Below are positions 1-9,093 of a DNA stretch of 64,000 nt, piece after piece; position 1 is the first letter of the stretch; the number at the start of each line of letters is the position of its first letter. Origin of the DNA: Pseudobutyrivibrio sp. (lineage in GTDB: Bacteria; Bacillota; Clostridia; Lachnospirales; Lachnospiraceae); the NCBI GenBank assembly GCA_024693775.1, contig JAILKL010000068.1, positions 12,938 through 76,937 of the forward strand, written 5' to 3'. Position numbers and translations under genes: made by a program. The notes beneath the pieces were generated by a model that was not told where the DNA came from, did not search any database, and saw nothing but the letters and a program-made list of their open reading frames with translations.

Positions 1-1317
1 GGAGATGTGGCAGGCCTGGCAGCAGGCGGATACCCTACTACACTATGGGATTTGTACGGAAAAAAGGGAATCCAAATCCGCACCACCATTACAGAAATGG
101 GACCAACATTACTTTCAAGAATACTAGGATTAAACGATCTACAAAGTGACATTCTTACAATTGTATTTAAAATTGCAGATGACAGTAATCTAGCTCTTAT
201 AGATATAAAGGACTTGAAAGCTATGCTTAATTATGTGTCTGAAAACAGCAAGGATTTTGCCGCAGAATATGGCAAAATGAGTCCTCAAAGTATTGGAGCC
301 ATTCAAAGAGCAGTGGTAGCTCTAGAGTTGGCTGGCGGTGAGACTTTCTTTGGAGAGCCAGCACTTGATATTAGAGATTGGTTTACTACAGGCCAAAATG
401 GCAAAGGAATGATTCATATATTGGATAGCCAAAGCCTGATAAACAATGGAGTGCTATATTCCACATTCCTTCTTTGGATGTTGTCAGAATTATTTGAAAC
501 ACTACCAGAGGTAGGAGATTTGGATAAGCCTAAGATGGTATTTTTCTTTGACGAGGCCCATTTATTATTCAAGGACACACCAGGTGCCCTTCTAGATAAA
601 ATCGAGCAGGTAGTAAAGCTGGTCCGTTCAAAGGGAATTGGCGTATATTTTATCACTCAAAACCCTAGAGATATTCCAGACGGTGTGTTGGCACAGCTTG
701 GAAATAAAATACAGCATGCTTTACATGCATATACACCATCTGACCAAAAGGCAGTAAAGGCTGCGGCAGATTCATTTAGAGAAAATCCTGATTTTGATAC
801 AGCTGAGGCAATAGAAGCGCTAGGCATTGGAGAGGCTATTGTTTCATTTTTACAGGAGGATGGAACACCTAGCATTGCAGAAAGGGTAAAGATAATTGCA
901 CCAGCCTCCACGGCCGGCAGCCTAGATGATGGCGCCAGAGATAATGCAATAAAATCAAATGTTTTATATTCAAAATACGCAAATGCGGTAGACCCAGAAT
1001 CAGCATATGAGCTTCTTGCTAGAATGGGCGTAGAAAAGGCAGAGGCAGAGGCAGCTGCAAAGGAAGAAGCCGCAGCTCAAAAGGCTCAGCAAAAGGAGGA
1101 GGCAGCTGCAGCTAAGGCGGCAGAACGTGAAGCCACAAAAGAAGCAAATAGAAAGAAGCGTGCTGTAAAATCTGTTGGAACAACAGTGGCAGGTACAGTG
1201 GGCCGTGAGGTAGGAAAAACTATCGGAAAACAAATCGGTGGCAAATTCGGTCAAACTCTTGGAGGTAACACCGGTGCACAGCTCTTTAGGGGCATTTTAA
1301 ATACTCTTCTAAAATAA
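1..1317 (+). CDS. DUF853/YjgR-like HerA-family ATPase, 5'-truncated by window edge
   Basis: Frame is open from base 1 (GDVAGLA resembles the family KGDxSG motif). Walker B FFFDEAH, VRSKGIGVYFITQNP and QLGNKIQHAL are present; Walker A lies upstream of the window. Confidence 0.85.
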   Translation, partial: GDVAGLAAGGYPTTLWDLYGKKGIQIRTTITEMGPTLLSRILGLNDLQSDILTIVFKIADDSNLALIDIKDLKAMLNYVSENSKDFAAEYGKMSPQSIGAIQRAVVALELAGGETFFGEPALDIRDWFTTGQNGKGMIHILDSQSLINNGVLYSTFLLWMLSELFETLPEVGDLDKPKMVFFFDEAHLLFKDTPGALLDKIEQVVKLVRSKGIGVYFITQNPRDIPDGVLAQLGNKIQHALHAYTPSDQKAVKAAADSFRENPDFDTAEAIEALGIGEAIVSFLQEDGTPSIAERVKIIAPASTAGSLDDGARDNAIKSNVLYSKYANAVDPESAYELLARMGVEKAEAEAAAKEEAAAQKAQQKEEAAAAKAAEREATKEANRKKRAVKSVGTTVAGTVGREVGKTIGKQIGGKFGQTLGGNTGAQLFRGILNTLLK

Positions 1318-1327
1318 TCTATCTTAT

Positions 1328-1356
1328 TTGACTATAGAGTAGTGTATTGCTAAAAT
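1328..1356 (+). promoter_or_regulatory. sigmaA promoter of the Dlt-like operon
   Basis: TTGACT-17 bp-TAAAAT with an extended -10 TG. Confidence 0.7.
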
Positions 1357-1398
1357 ATTTCTTGAGCTGCGTAAGGCGTGCTCGGGAGAACGGTTTGT

Positions 1399-2646
1399 AT
1401 GAAAACAAAGAAAAATAGGCGAAGAAGATCAAATAGGCGATTCATTGTGGTGACAGTAGCTATTTTTATAGCTTCTGCGGCGATGGGCGCCTATTTTTAT
1501 TATGACTATACGAATCGTATATACGGTGATTTGGTGGTGGAGCTTGGCAATCTGGTAGAGGCCAGTGATTTTCTAAAGGATTCTAATAAAAGCATTGATT
1601 TTATTGGAGAGCCAGAATTTGATTTGATGACACCAGGAGATTATCCGGTAAAGCTGCAGTCTGGTATTTACAAGTATGATGCTGTGATTACTGTACAGGA
1701 TACCACCCCTCCCACACTAGAGCTGCAGCCTCTAGTACGTGTGATGACGGAGCTTCCTAGTGTGGATGATTTTGTTGTAAGCTGCAATGATTTAACTCAG
1801 GTACAGGTGTCATTTTATGGGTCGCCTGATTTTAGCTCTGTTGGGAAAAAGAATATAGATATTGTAGCAAAGGATACCTCGGGCAATCAGACAGTGGAGA
1901 GCACTACGTTGTATTTGGTGGATGAATACGACACCACCCCACCTACAATAGAAGGCGAATTAGATAAAACAGTCTATTTAGGCAGCAGCGTCAGCTACAA
2001 AAAGGACGTGGTAGCAGTGGATGATTCAGATTATGAGGTAGAGCTAACTGTGGATTCCTCTCAGGTGGATTTAAATACAGTTGGAGATTATACAGTTACC
2101 TACACTGCTACAGATGTATTTGGAAATGTGGCCACAGCCACAGGTACTGTTAGTGTTGTAAAGCAGGAGTATACCGAAGAGGATGTATATGCTTTAGCCG
2201 ATGAGGTCTTATCGGAGATTATTACTGATGATATGTCAGATTATGACAAGGCTCACGCTATTTACGTATGGGTAAAGGGCAATATTGGTTATAGTGAGAG
2301 TGAGGATAGAGGAGACTGGCTAAAGGGTGCCTATGATGGGCTAGTTAATCGACATGGAGATTGCTATAATTACTTTGCTGTTAGTAAAGCCCTTTTAACC
2401 AGGGCTGGAATAAAAAATGCGGATATTGAGATTATTCCTACAGCCACACGTCATCATTTCTGGAATGTTATTGATTGTGGAGAGGGCTGGAGACATTTTG
2501 ATACCACTCCTAGAACAGACGATTCATTTAAGGGATTTTATCTTACAGATGAAGAGCTGATGACTTATTCGGATGCACATTACCATTCTCACAACTATGA
2601 TAGAAACGTATATACGTATTTTAATGACGAGAATAGTGATAATTAA
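1399..2646 (+). CDS. Membrane-anchored Ig-like-repeat protein with C-terminal transglutaminase-like domain
   Basis: Basic N-terminus plus TM helix; repeated DTTPPT Ig-like (DUF5011-type) modules; Cys-His-Asp motifs GDCYNY, HHFWN, WRHFDTT; ATG 1399 follows GGGAG. Confidence 0.8.
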   Translation: MKTKKNRRRRSNRRFIVVTVAIFIASAAMGAYFYYDYTNRIYGDLVVELGNLVEASDFLKDSNKSIDFIGEPEFDLMTPGDYPVKLQSGIYKYDAVITVQDTTPPTLELQPLVRVMTELPSVDDFVVSCNDLTQVQVSFYGSPDFSSVGKKNIDIVAKDTSGNQTVESTTLYLVDEYDTTPPTIEGELDKTVYLGSSVSYKKDVVAVDDSDYEVELTVDSSQVDLNTVGDYTVTYTATDVFGNVATATGTVSVVKQEYTEEDVYALADEVLSEIITDDMSDYDKAHAIYVWVKGNIGYSESEDRGDWLKGAYDGLVNRHGDCYNYFAVSKALLTRAGIKNADIEIIPTATRHHFWNVIDCGEGWRHFDTTPRTDDSFKGFYLTDEELMTYSDAHYHSHNYDRNVYTYFNDENSDN

Positions 2647-2660
2647 TAAAGGGAAGAAAA

Positions 2661-3377
2661 ATGAAAAAATTAGGTATAATTGGAGGCCTTGGGCCTATGG
2701 CTACTGCATATTTTATGCGTAGAATCATAGAGATGACCGATGCTGCAAATGATCAAGAAAATATCGAGATGATTATTTTTAATTCTCCTTCAATTCCTGA
2801 TAGAACAGGGTTTATATTGGGGAATAATAGTGAGGATCCATTGCCACAAATTGTGGATATCGCTAATGAGTTGGAAAGGCAAAATGTGGATTACATTGCC
2901 ATTCCGTGTATCACAGCACACTTTTTTCATGATAGGATTGCAAAGAGTGTCTATGTGCCAGTGAGCAATGGAATCAAAGAAGCGGCAGAATATCTTAAAA
3001 AGCATAATATCAAAAAGGTGGGCATAATGGCCACTGACGGCACAGCCCAGACCAAGCTATTTGATACTGTTTTTAAGGATTATGATATAGAGTGTTTGTA
3101 CCCTGATACAGAAGCCCAAAAGCTTGTGATGAGCATTATCTATGATGATGTAAAGGCTGGCAAATCTGTAGATATGCAGGAATTTTGCCTGGCAAAAAAG
3201 CAATTGAAGCAAAAGGGGGCAGAGGTTATAATTCTAGGCTGCACAGAGCTTTCGATTGTAAAGCGAGACAATGATGTAGGGCCTGATGTTTTAGATATAA
3301 TAGATGTTTTGGCGCAGGACTGCGTTGTAAAATGTGCAAAGCTCAGACCTCAATATGAGAAATTAATTACAAAGTAG
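2661..3377 (+). CDS. Cofactor-independent aspartate/glutamate racemase family protein
   Basis: GIIGGLGPMAT N-terminus; both catalytic Cys motifs present (PCITAH, LGCTEL). Confidence 0.9.
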   Translation: MKKLGIIGGLGPMATAYFMRRIIEMTDAANDQENIEMIIFNSPSIPDRTGFILGNNSEDPLPQIVDIANELERQNVDYIAIPCITAHFFHDRIAKSVYVPVSNGIKEAAEYLKKHNIKKVGIMATDGTAQTKLFDTVFKDYDIECLYPDTEAQKLVMSIIYDDVKAGKSVDMQEFCLAKKQLKQKGAEVIILGCTELSIVKRDNDVGPDVLDIIDVLAQDCVVKCAKLRPQYEKLITK

Positions 3378-3387
3378 AGGAATAAAA

Positions 3388-4896
3388 ATGCAAAACAATG
3401 TTTTAGATTATATAGATGCCAGTTTGGAAAGGGTGCCAGATAAAATCGCATATGCGGATGATGAGGTACAATTATCCTTCAAGGATGTGAAAAATATCAT
3501 GGATTCAGTGGGCTCTGGCTTGCTTAATATGGGCTGCCATAAGGAGCCAGTTATAGTATTCATGAAGAAAAGTCCAAATACTATAGCTACATTTTTTGGA
3601 GTTATAAATGCAGGCTGCTATTATGTACCTATCGACAGTGAAATGCCTGCTACCAGAATCCAGCTTATTCTAGAAAACTGCAAGCCTAGAGTGATTATCT
3701 GCGATGACAGTACAGTTGATATAGCAAGGGACTTTGATTATCAGGCTGACATTGTATTATTTACAGATATTTCAAAATCCGTTGTAAATAAAGATGCCCT
3801 TGCTATGGTTAGAAAGAAGACTATAGATACAGATCCAATTTATATCGTATTTACCTCTGGCTCCACAGGAGTTCCAAAGGGTGTATGTGCATGCCACAGA
3901 TCAGTAATCGACTATATCGAGCAGCTTTCTGAGACACTTGGATTTAGCGAGGATACAATTTTTGGAAATCAGACACCCCTATATTTTGATGCATGCCTAA
4001 AGGAGCTTTATCCTACATTAAAATTCGGAGCTACCACATATTTGATTCCACACTCATATTTTATGTTCCCAATAAAGCTGGTGGAATATATCAATGAGCA
4101 TAATATTAACACTGTATGCTGGGTGGTTTCAGCACTTACTATGATTAGTGCCTTTAAAACCTTTGACACAGTGGTTCCGCATACATTAAAGACTATTGCT
4201 TTTGGTAGTGAGGTATTTCCTATAAAGCAGTTTAGATTATGGAGAGCAGCCGTGCCTGAGGCCAAATTCTTCAACCTTTATGGCCCAACAGAGGGTACAG
4301 GAATGTGCTGCTATTATCCTGTGGAAAGAGAGTTTGCAGACGACGAGGTTATCCCAGTGGGATTTCCATTTAAAAACACTGAGATTATGCTTTTAAAGGA
4401 AGACAATACACTAGCCGAGCCAGGAGAGCAGGGGGAGATTTGCATTCGTGGTACATCAGTTACATTGGGATATTACAACAACCCGGAAAAGACCAGCGAG
4501 TGTTACGTGCAAAATCCTTTAAATACCGCATATCCGGAGATAATCTATAGAACAGGTGATATAGGTCATATAAATGAATATGGAGAGTTGATTTTCCATT
4601 CCAGAAAAGATTTCCAGATTAAGCATATGGGTCATCGAATCGAGCTGGGAGAAATAGAGGCAAATGTAAACCTGGTTCCTGAAATCAAGCTTTCAGGATG
4701 CATTTATGCAAAAGAAAAGGGAAAGATAGTACTTTATTACGTGGGCGACATTACAGAGGGAGACTTGATAAAGGCGCTCAAATCAAAGCTTCCTCGCTAC
4801 ATGCTCCCTAACAAGGTTAACCGCCTTGAAGAAATGCCATTTACACCAAATGGTAAAATTGACAGAGTTAAGCTTACAAAGATGTTTGAAGCATAA
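3388..4896 (+). CDS. Stand-alone amino-acid adenylation enzyme (DltA-like)
   Basis: FTSGSTGVPKG, NLYGPTE, YRTGD, GHRIELGEIE, NGKIDR motifs; about 500 aa, like DltA. Confidence 0.9.
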   Translation: MQNNVLDYIDASLERVPDKIAYADDEVQLSFKDVKNIMDSVGSGLLNMGCHKEPVIVFMKKSPNTIATFFGVINAGCYYVPIDSEMPATRIQLILENCKPRVIICDDSTVDIARDFDYQADIVLFTDISKSVVNKDALAMVRKKTIDTDPIYIVFTSGSTGVPKGVCACHRSVIDYIEQLSETLGFSEDTIFGNQTPLYFDACLKELYPTLKFGATTYLIPHSYFMFPIKLVEYINEHNINTVCWVVSALTMISAFKTFDTVVPHTLKTIAFGSEVFPIKQFRLWRAAVPEAKFFNLYGPTEGTGMCCYYPVEREFADDEVIPVGFPFKNTEIMLLKEDNTLAEPGEQGEICIRGTSVTLGYYNNPEKTSECYVQNPLNTAYPEIIYRTGDIGHINEYGELIFHSRKDFQIKHMGHRIELGEIEANVNLVPEIKLSGCIYAKEKGKIVLYYVGDITEGDLIKALKSKLPRYMLPNKVNRLEEMPFTPNGKIDRVKLTKMFEA

Positions 4897-4962
4897 TTTT
4901 TTAGAACAAAATAAAATATACAAAAGGACGAGATTAAATTAATCCGTATATAGGAGGAAAAA

Positions 4963-5196
4963 ATGGAAGAGTTATTAGAGATTTTAGGAGATTTACATCC
5001 AGAGGTTGATTTTACAACAGCGACAGGTCTAGTTGATGGTGGAATACTTGATTCCTTTGACATTGTTTCACTTATTTCAGAAATCAACGAGGAGTTTGAT
5101 GTGACAATTGGTGCAGCAGAGCTTACACCAGAGAATTTCAATTCGGCTGAGGCTATTTATGCTCTTATTAAGGCAAAATTAGATGATGAGGACTAA
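4963..5196 (+). CDS. Acyl/aminoacyl carrier protein (DltC-like)
   Basis: 77 aa, acidic, GILDSF phosphopantetheine Ser, strong RBS AGGAGG. Confidence 0.9.
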   Translation: MEELLEILGDLHPEVDFTTATGLVDGGILDSFDIVSLISEINEEFDVTIGAAELTPENFNSAEAIYALIKAKLDDED

Positions 5197-5199
5197 ATA

Positions 5200-6792
5200 A
5201 TGCTTTTTACATCATATGAGTTTATAGGATTTTTACTGGCAGTGTTTGTCATTTATTATCTTTTGCCAGGAAAAATGCAGTGGCCATTTTTATTATTGGC
5301 CAGCTATGCATTTTATTTTATAGCAGATCCCAGATACTTGATTTTTATTGCAGTTACTTCAGTCACTACATTCTTTGCAGCAAAGGCCATTTCAGATAAA
5401 AAAATTGCTTTTGATACATGGTTCAAGGGCCATAAAAAGGAATATGAAAAAGAAGAACGAAAGGCCCTAAAGGCAGCAGAAAAATCAAAAGAAAAAAAGA
5501 TATTTTTAGCGTGTCTATTATTAAATTTAGGTATTCTTGCAGTTACTAAATACACTAATTTTACCATCGCTAATATAAATTCCATTATGTCTACCTTTGG
5601 CAGTGAAAATGGAATTTCATTTGTAGATTTGATTATCCCAATGGGTATTTCCTTTTACACCTTCCAATCAATGGGATATTTGATTGATGTGTATAATGGC
5701 AAGCATGAGGCACAGGACAATCTGTTTAAATATGGTCTTTTTGTTTCATTCTTTCCACAGCTAGTACAGGGCCCAATCAGTAGATATTCAGACCTTAGCA
5801 AAACCCTTTATGAGGAGCATAGATTTAACTGGAGAACAGTTTCCTTTGGCCTCGAGAGAATCCTATGGGGATTTTTCAAAAAGCTGGTTATTGCAGATAG
5901 AATTTTGGTGGCGGTGCAGGCTATCATAGCTGACACTGATACCTACAATGGCTTTTATGCCTTTGCCGGTGCAATGTTCTACGCTTTGGAATTATACGCA
6001 GACTTCACAGGTGGTATTGATATAACAATAGGTGTAGCAGAGACTATGGGAATAAAGGTTACTGAAAACTTTATCCGTCCATATTTTTCAAAGAATATAA
6101 AGGAGTACTGGAATAGATGGCATATTACCATGGGTACATGGTTTACGGATTATATCTTTTATCCAATTTCAGCTAGCCAGTTTATGATGAAGCTTTCCAA
6201 AAAGTCCAGAGCAAAGCTTGGAAATAATCTGGGAAAGAGAGTGCCTGTTTATTTATCTAGCTTTATTGTGTGGTTTACAACAGGTATTTGGCATGGAGCT
6301 AGCTGGAACTTTATTGTATGGGGACTTGGAAACTTCGTAGTTATTATGATTTCCCAGGAGCTTGATCCATTTTACAGATGGTTCCATTCAAAGGTAAAGG
6401 TGGCAGGTACATTTGGATGGAAATTATTCCAGGTAGTTCGTACTGTGCTTATCATGTCATCCCTTAGAATGTTTGATTGCTATAGAGATGTACCTCTTAC
6501 ATTCAAGATGTTTGGTAGTATCTTCACAGATTTCAGCCCATCACAGCTAAAGGTGGAGGCTTTCACAGGCATGGGATTGACGGTTTACGACTATGCTGTT
6601 GTTTTTGTCGGTATGTTGATTCTAGTGGGAGTCAGCCTAGTTCAAAGAAGTGGCAGTGTTAGAGAAAAGATTGCTACACTCTCAGCACCAATACGTTTTG
6701 TAATATGGTATGGTTTGTTTATGGCTACACTTATTTTTGGTGCTTATGGAATAGGCTATTCAGCCAGCCAGTTTATATATAATCAGTTTTAG
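5200..6792 (+). CDS. MBOAT O-acyltransferase (DltB/AlgI-like) with C-terminal acyl-shuttle motif
   Basis: PMGISFYTFQ, FFPQLVQGPI, YWNRWHITM, GIWHGA; ends FIYNQF. Confidence 0.9.
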   Translation: MLFTSYEFIGFLLAVFVIYYLLPGKMQWPFLLLASYAFYFIADPRYLIFIAVTSVTTFFAAKAISDKKIAFDTWFKGHKKEYEKEERKALKAAEKSKEKKIFLACLLLNLGILAVTKYTNFTIANINSIMSTFGSENGISFVDLIIPMGISFYTFQSMGYLIDVYNGKHEAQDNLFKYGLFVSFFPQLVQGPISRYSDLSKTLYEEHRFNWRTVSFGLERILWGFFKKLVIADRILVAVQAIIADTDTYNGFYAFAGAMFYALELYADFTGGIDITIGVAETMGIKVTENFIRPYFSKNIKEYWNRWHITMGTWFTDYIFYPISASQFMMKLSKKSRAKLGNNLGKRVPVYLSSFIVWFTTGIWHGASWNFIVWGLGNFVVIMISQELDPFYRWFHSKVKVAGTFGWKLFQVVRTVLIMSSLRMFDCYRDVPLTFKMFGSIFTDFSPSQLKVEAFTGMGLTVYDYAVVFVGMLILVGVSLVQRSGSVREKIATLSAPIRFVIWYGLFMATLIFGAYGIGYSASQFIYNQF

Positions 6793-6805
6793 TTTGGAGT
6801 AGACA

Positions 6806-7870
6806 ATGTTAAAAAAGAGTTTAGCAGTTATATTATCTATAGCTGTGGCTGTTTCAGGTCTTTGGTTTGCAACAAAGCTACTGGAGCCTAAATACATGTC
6901 AGGAATATTAGAGGGGGCCATGATATCAGAGTATTATGATGACCCTACAGACCATAATGTAGTTTTTATAGGTGATTGTGAGCTATATGAAAATATTTCA
7001 CCGGTATATCTATGGAACAATTATGGTATCAATTCGTATATACGTGGCAGCGCCCAGCAATTAATTTGGCAGTCTTATTATCTGGCTGAGGAAACCATTA
7101 GGTTAGAGCATCCAGATGCCATTGTTTTTAATGTGTTGTCAATGAAATATAATGAGCCTCAAAATGAAGCCTACAACAGAATGACTATTGATGGAATGCG
7201 ATGGTCATCTAGCAAGGTGGGCTCAATCAATGCATCTATGACTGATGAGGAAAACTTTATTGAATACGTATTTCCGATACTCAGATACCATTCCAGATGG
7301 AGTGATTTGAATGCAGATGATTGGGATTATCTTGTGAATAGAGATAAGGTTTCCTTCAATGGCTATTACATGAGAGTAGATGAAAAGCCAGCTGAGGATG
7401 TTCCTGAGGGACGACCTCTTACGGATTATCAGTTCGGTGACAATGCTTATTATTATCTAGATAAGCTTACAAAGCTCTGCAAGGATAATGATGTGGAGCT
7501 TATCCTGGTAAAGGCTCCTACACTCTATCCTTATTGGTATGATGAGTGGGACCAGCAGATGATAGATTATGCAAAGTCAAATGATCTTACATATATCAAT
7601 TTTTTAAATCTTCAGGATGAGATGGGATTAGACTGGAATAAGGATACTTATGATGGAGGCCTTCACTTAAATCTTTCGGGAGCCGAAAAAATGTCGGATT
7701 ACTTTGGAAAGGTTCTTGTAGAAGAGTTCAATATTCCTGATAGACGCGGTGAGGCAGAATTGGATTCATATTGGAATACTGTAAATGACAGATATGAATT
7801 AGAAAAAGAGCGTCAGACAAACAATTTGGAATTGTATGGAACAGTCCATGATCCTGATGAAAATAAATAA
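6806..7870 (+). CDS. Extracytoplasmic SGNH-like acyltransferase (DltD-like)
   Basis: N-terminal TM; block I FIGDC, block V DGGLHLN; lies directly after the MBOAT gene. Confidence 0.75.
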   Translation: MLKKSLAVILSIAVAVSGLWFATKLLEPKYMSGILEGAMISEYYDDPTDHNVVFIGDCELYENISPVYLWNNYGINSYIRGSAQQLIWQSYYLAEETIRLEHPDAIVFNVLSMKYNEPQNEAYNRMTIDGMRWSSSKVGSINASMTDEENFIEYVFPILRYHSRWSDLNADDWDYLVNRDKVSFNGYYMRVDEKPAEDVPEGRPLTDYQFGDNAYYYLDKLTKLCKDNDVELILVKAPTLYPYWYDEWDQQMIDYAKSNDLTYINFLNLQDEMGLDWNKDTYDGGLHLNLSGAEKMSDYFGKVLVEEFNIPDRRGEAELDSYWNTVNDRYELEKERQTNNLELYGTVHDPDENK

Positions 7871-7885
7871 AAATAAATAAAAATA

Positions 7886-7928
7886 AAAACTCCTTTTTAC
7901 TACATTTTTGGTGGTAAAAAGGAGTTTT
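7886..7928. terminator. Bidirectional intrinsic terminator
   Basis: AAAACTCCTTTTTAC...GTAAAAAGGAGTTTT inverted repeat between convergent genes. Confidence 0.8.
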
Positions 7929-7931
7929 GTT

Positions 7932-8438
7932 TTAGTTAAAAAGCTGAGTCGCCTTTGTGGCAAATCTATTTCCATAGATTACAAATGTCTCTTTGTAGTT
8001 TTCCAGGCCGTTATGGCTTTCTTTATTATTGTTAATTGCCACAGGTCCTAGATGGATATATGGTAAACCAAATTCATTTCCAGAAGAATAGCATAGCATT
8101 CCTTTCACGAGCTCAAGTGTAAGGATTGATTGAATCACTGTATCGGCTCCACCGTGTGTATATTGAGCTGTAGCAAAGGCCCCGCCTAGCTTTCCAGCTA
8201 AATCAAGCTTTCCACCGTTAGTGAAAATCCACTGGTGAAGATTTGGAGTTAAAGAGGCCATATATGATGGTGAACCAAATACAATTGCTTTAGCTTCCTT
8301 AGCAAATTCTTCGTCTACCTCATCAATAGAAAAAGCCTTTGCCTCTGCTCCTGAGATTGCATTCATTCCCTCTACAATCCATTCAGCAGCCTGCTTTGTG
8401 TTTCCAGTTTTTGAATCGTAAATTACTGCAAGTTTCAT
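7932..8438 (-). CDS. Flavodoxin/WrbA-like NAD(P)H:quinone oxidoreductase family protein
   Basis: YDSKTGNT FMN loop, FGSPSY, GKLGGAFAT. Confidence 0.8.
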   Translation of the reverse strand: MKLAVIYDSKTGNTKQAAEWIVEGMNAISGAEAKAFSIDEVDEEFAKEAKAIVFGSPSYMASLTPNLHQWIFTNGGKLDLAGKLGGAFATAQYTHGGADTVIQSILTLELVKGMLCYSSGNEFGLPYIHLGPVAINNNKESHNGLENYKETFVIYGNRFATKATQLFN

Positions 8439-8544
8439 AAATATCTCCTTAACTAAAATTCAATTTTAATCTGTCTTAAATTACATTATAATGAATGATA
8501 TTAAAATTTAGATTAAATGGCAAGAAAAGAAATGGAGAAGTAGC

Positions 8545-8994
8545 ATGAAATTTGTGGTTCAAAGAGTAAATGAAGCATCTGTTGCAGTTGATGGAAAAGT
8601 GATTGGACAGATTAATAAGGGATTTTTAGTATTGATTGGAGTTTCGGATGATGACACAAAAGAGATAGCAGATAAAATGGTAAAGAAGCTATTGGGACTT
8701 CGTATTTTCGATGATGAAAATGACAAAATCAATCTGTCCCTAACAGATGTAGGTGGTGAGCTTCTTTTGATATCGCAATTTACTCTTTATGCAAATTGCA
8801 AGAAGGGATATAGACCTTCATTTACAGATGCAGGAGCACCAGATATGGCAAATGAAATGTACGAATATATCATAGATAAATGCCGCAGCGAGAACTATTA
8901 TGTTGAGACAGGAGAGTTTGGAGCAGACATGAAGGTCTCCCTTTTAAATGATGGACCATTTACAATAATTTTAGATTCAAAAGAGATATGCTAA
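8545..8994 (+). CDS. dtd: D-aminoacyl-tRNA deacylase
   Basis: VVQRV, SQFTL, NDGPFT motifs. Confidence 0.95.
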   Translation: MKFVVQRVNEASVAVDGKVIGQINKGFLVLIGVSDDDTKEIADKMVKKLLGLRIFDDENDKINLSLTDVGGELLLISQFTLYANCKKGYRPSFTDAGAPDMANEMYEYIIDKCRSENYYVETGEFGADMKVSLLNDGPFTIILDSKEIC

Positions 8995-9043
8995 TGTCTA
9001 TTTTTTATATGTAAAAAAATGTGAACTTTTTTTGAAATAAGTG

Positions 9044-9072
9044 TTGACGAAGAGAGATATCTTTGCTATTAT
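9044..9072 (+). promoter_or_regulatory. sigmaA promoter of tRNA-Leu copy 1
   Basis: TTGACG-17 bp-TATTAT with an extended -10 TG. Confidence 0.75.
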
Positions 9073-9093
9073 ACTTCTTGTCGTCAACGACGC

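Noticed and set aside
3388-5196. NRPS secondary-metabolite cluster
   Set aside because: No condensation or thioesterase domains; the MBOAT/SGNH context indicates envelope acylation
3388-7870. Canonical dltABCD gene symbols
   Set aside because: Pocket residues, gene order, fused shuttle motif and racemase all differ from D-Ala systems
7860-7890. AAATAAATAAA tandem repeat
   Set aside because: Low-complexity A/T spacer before a terminator
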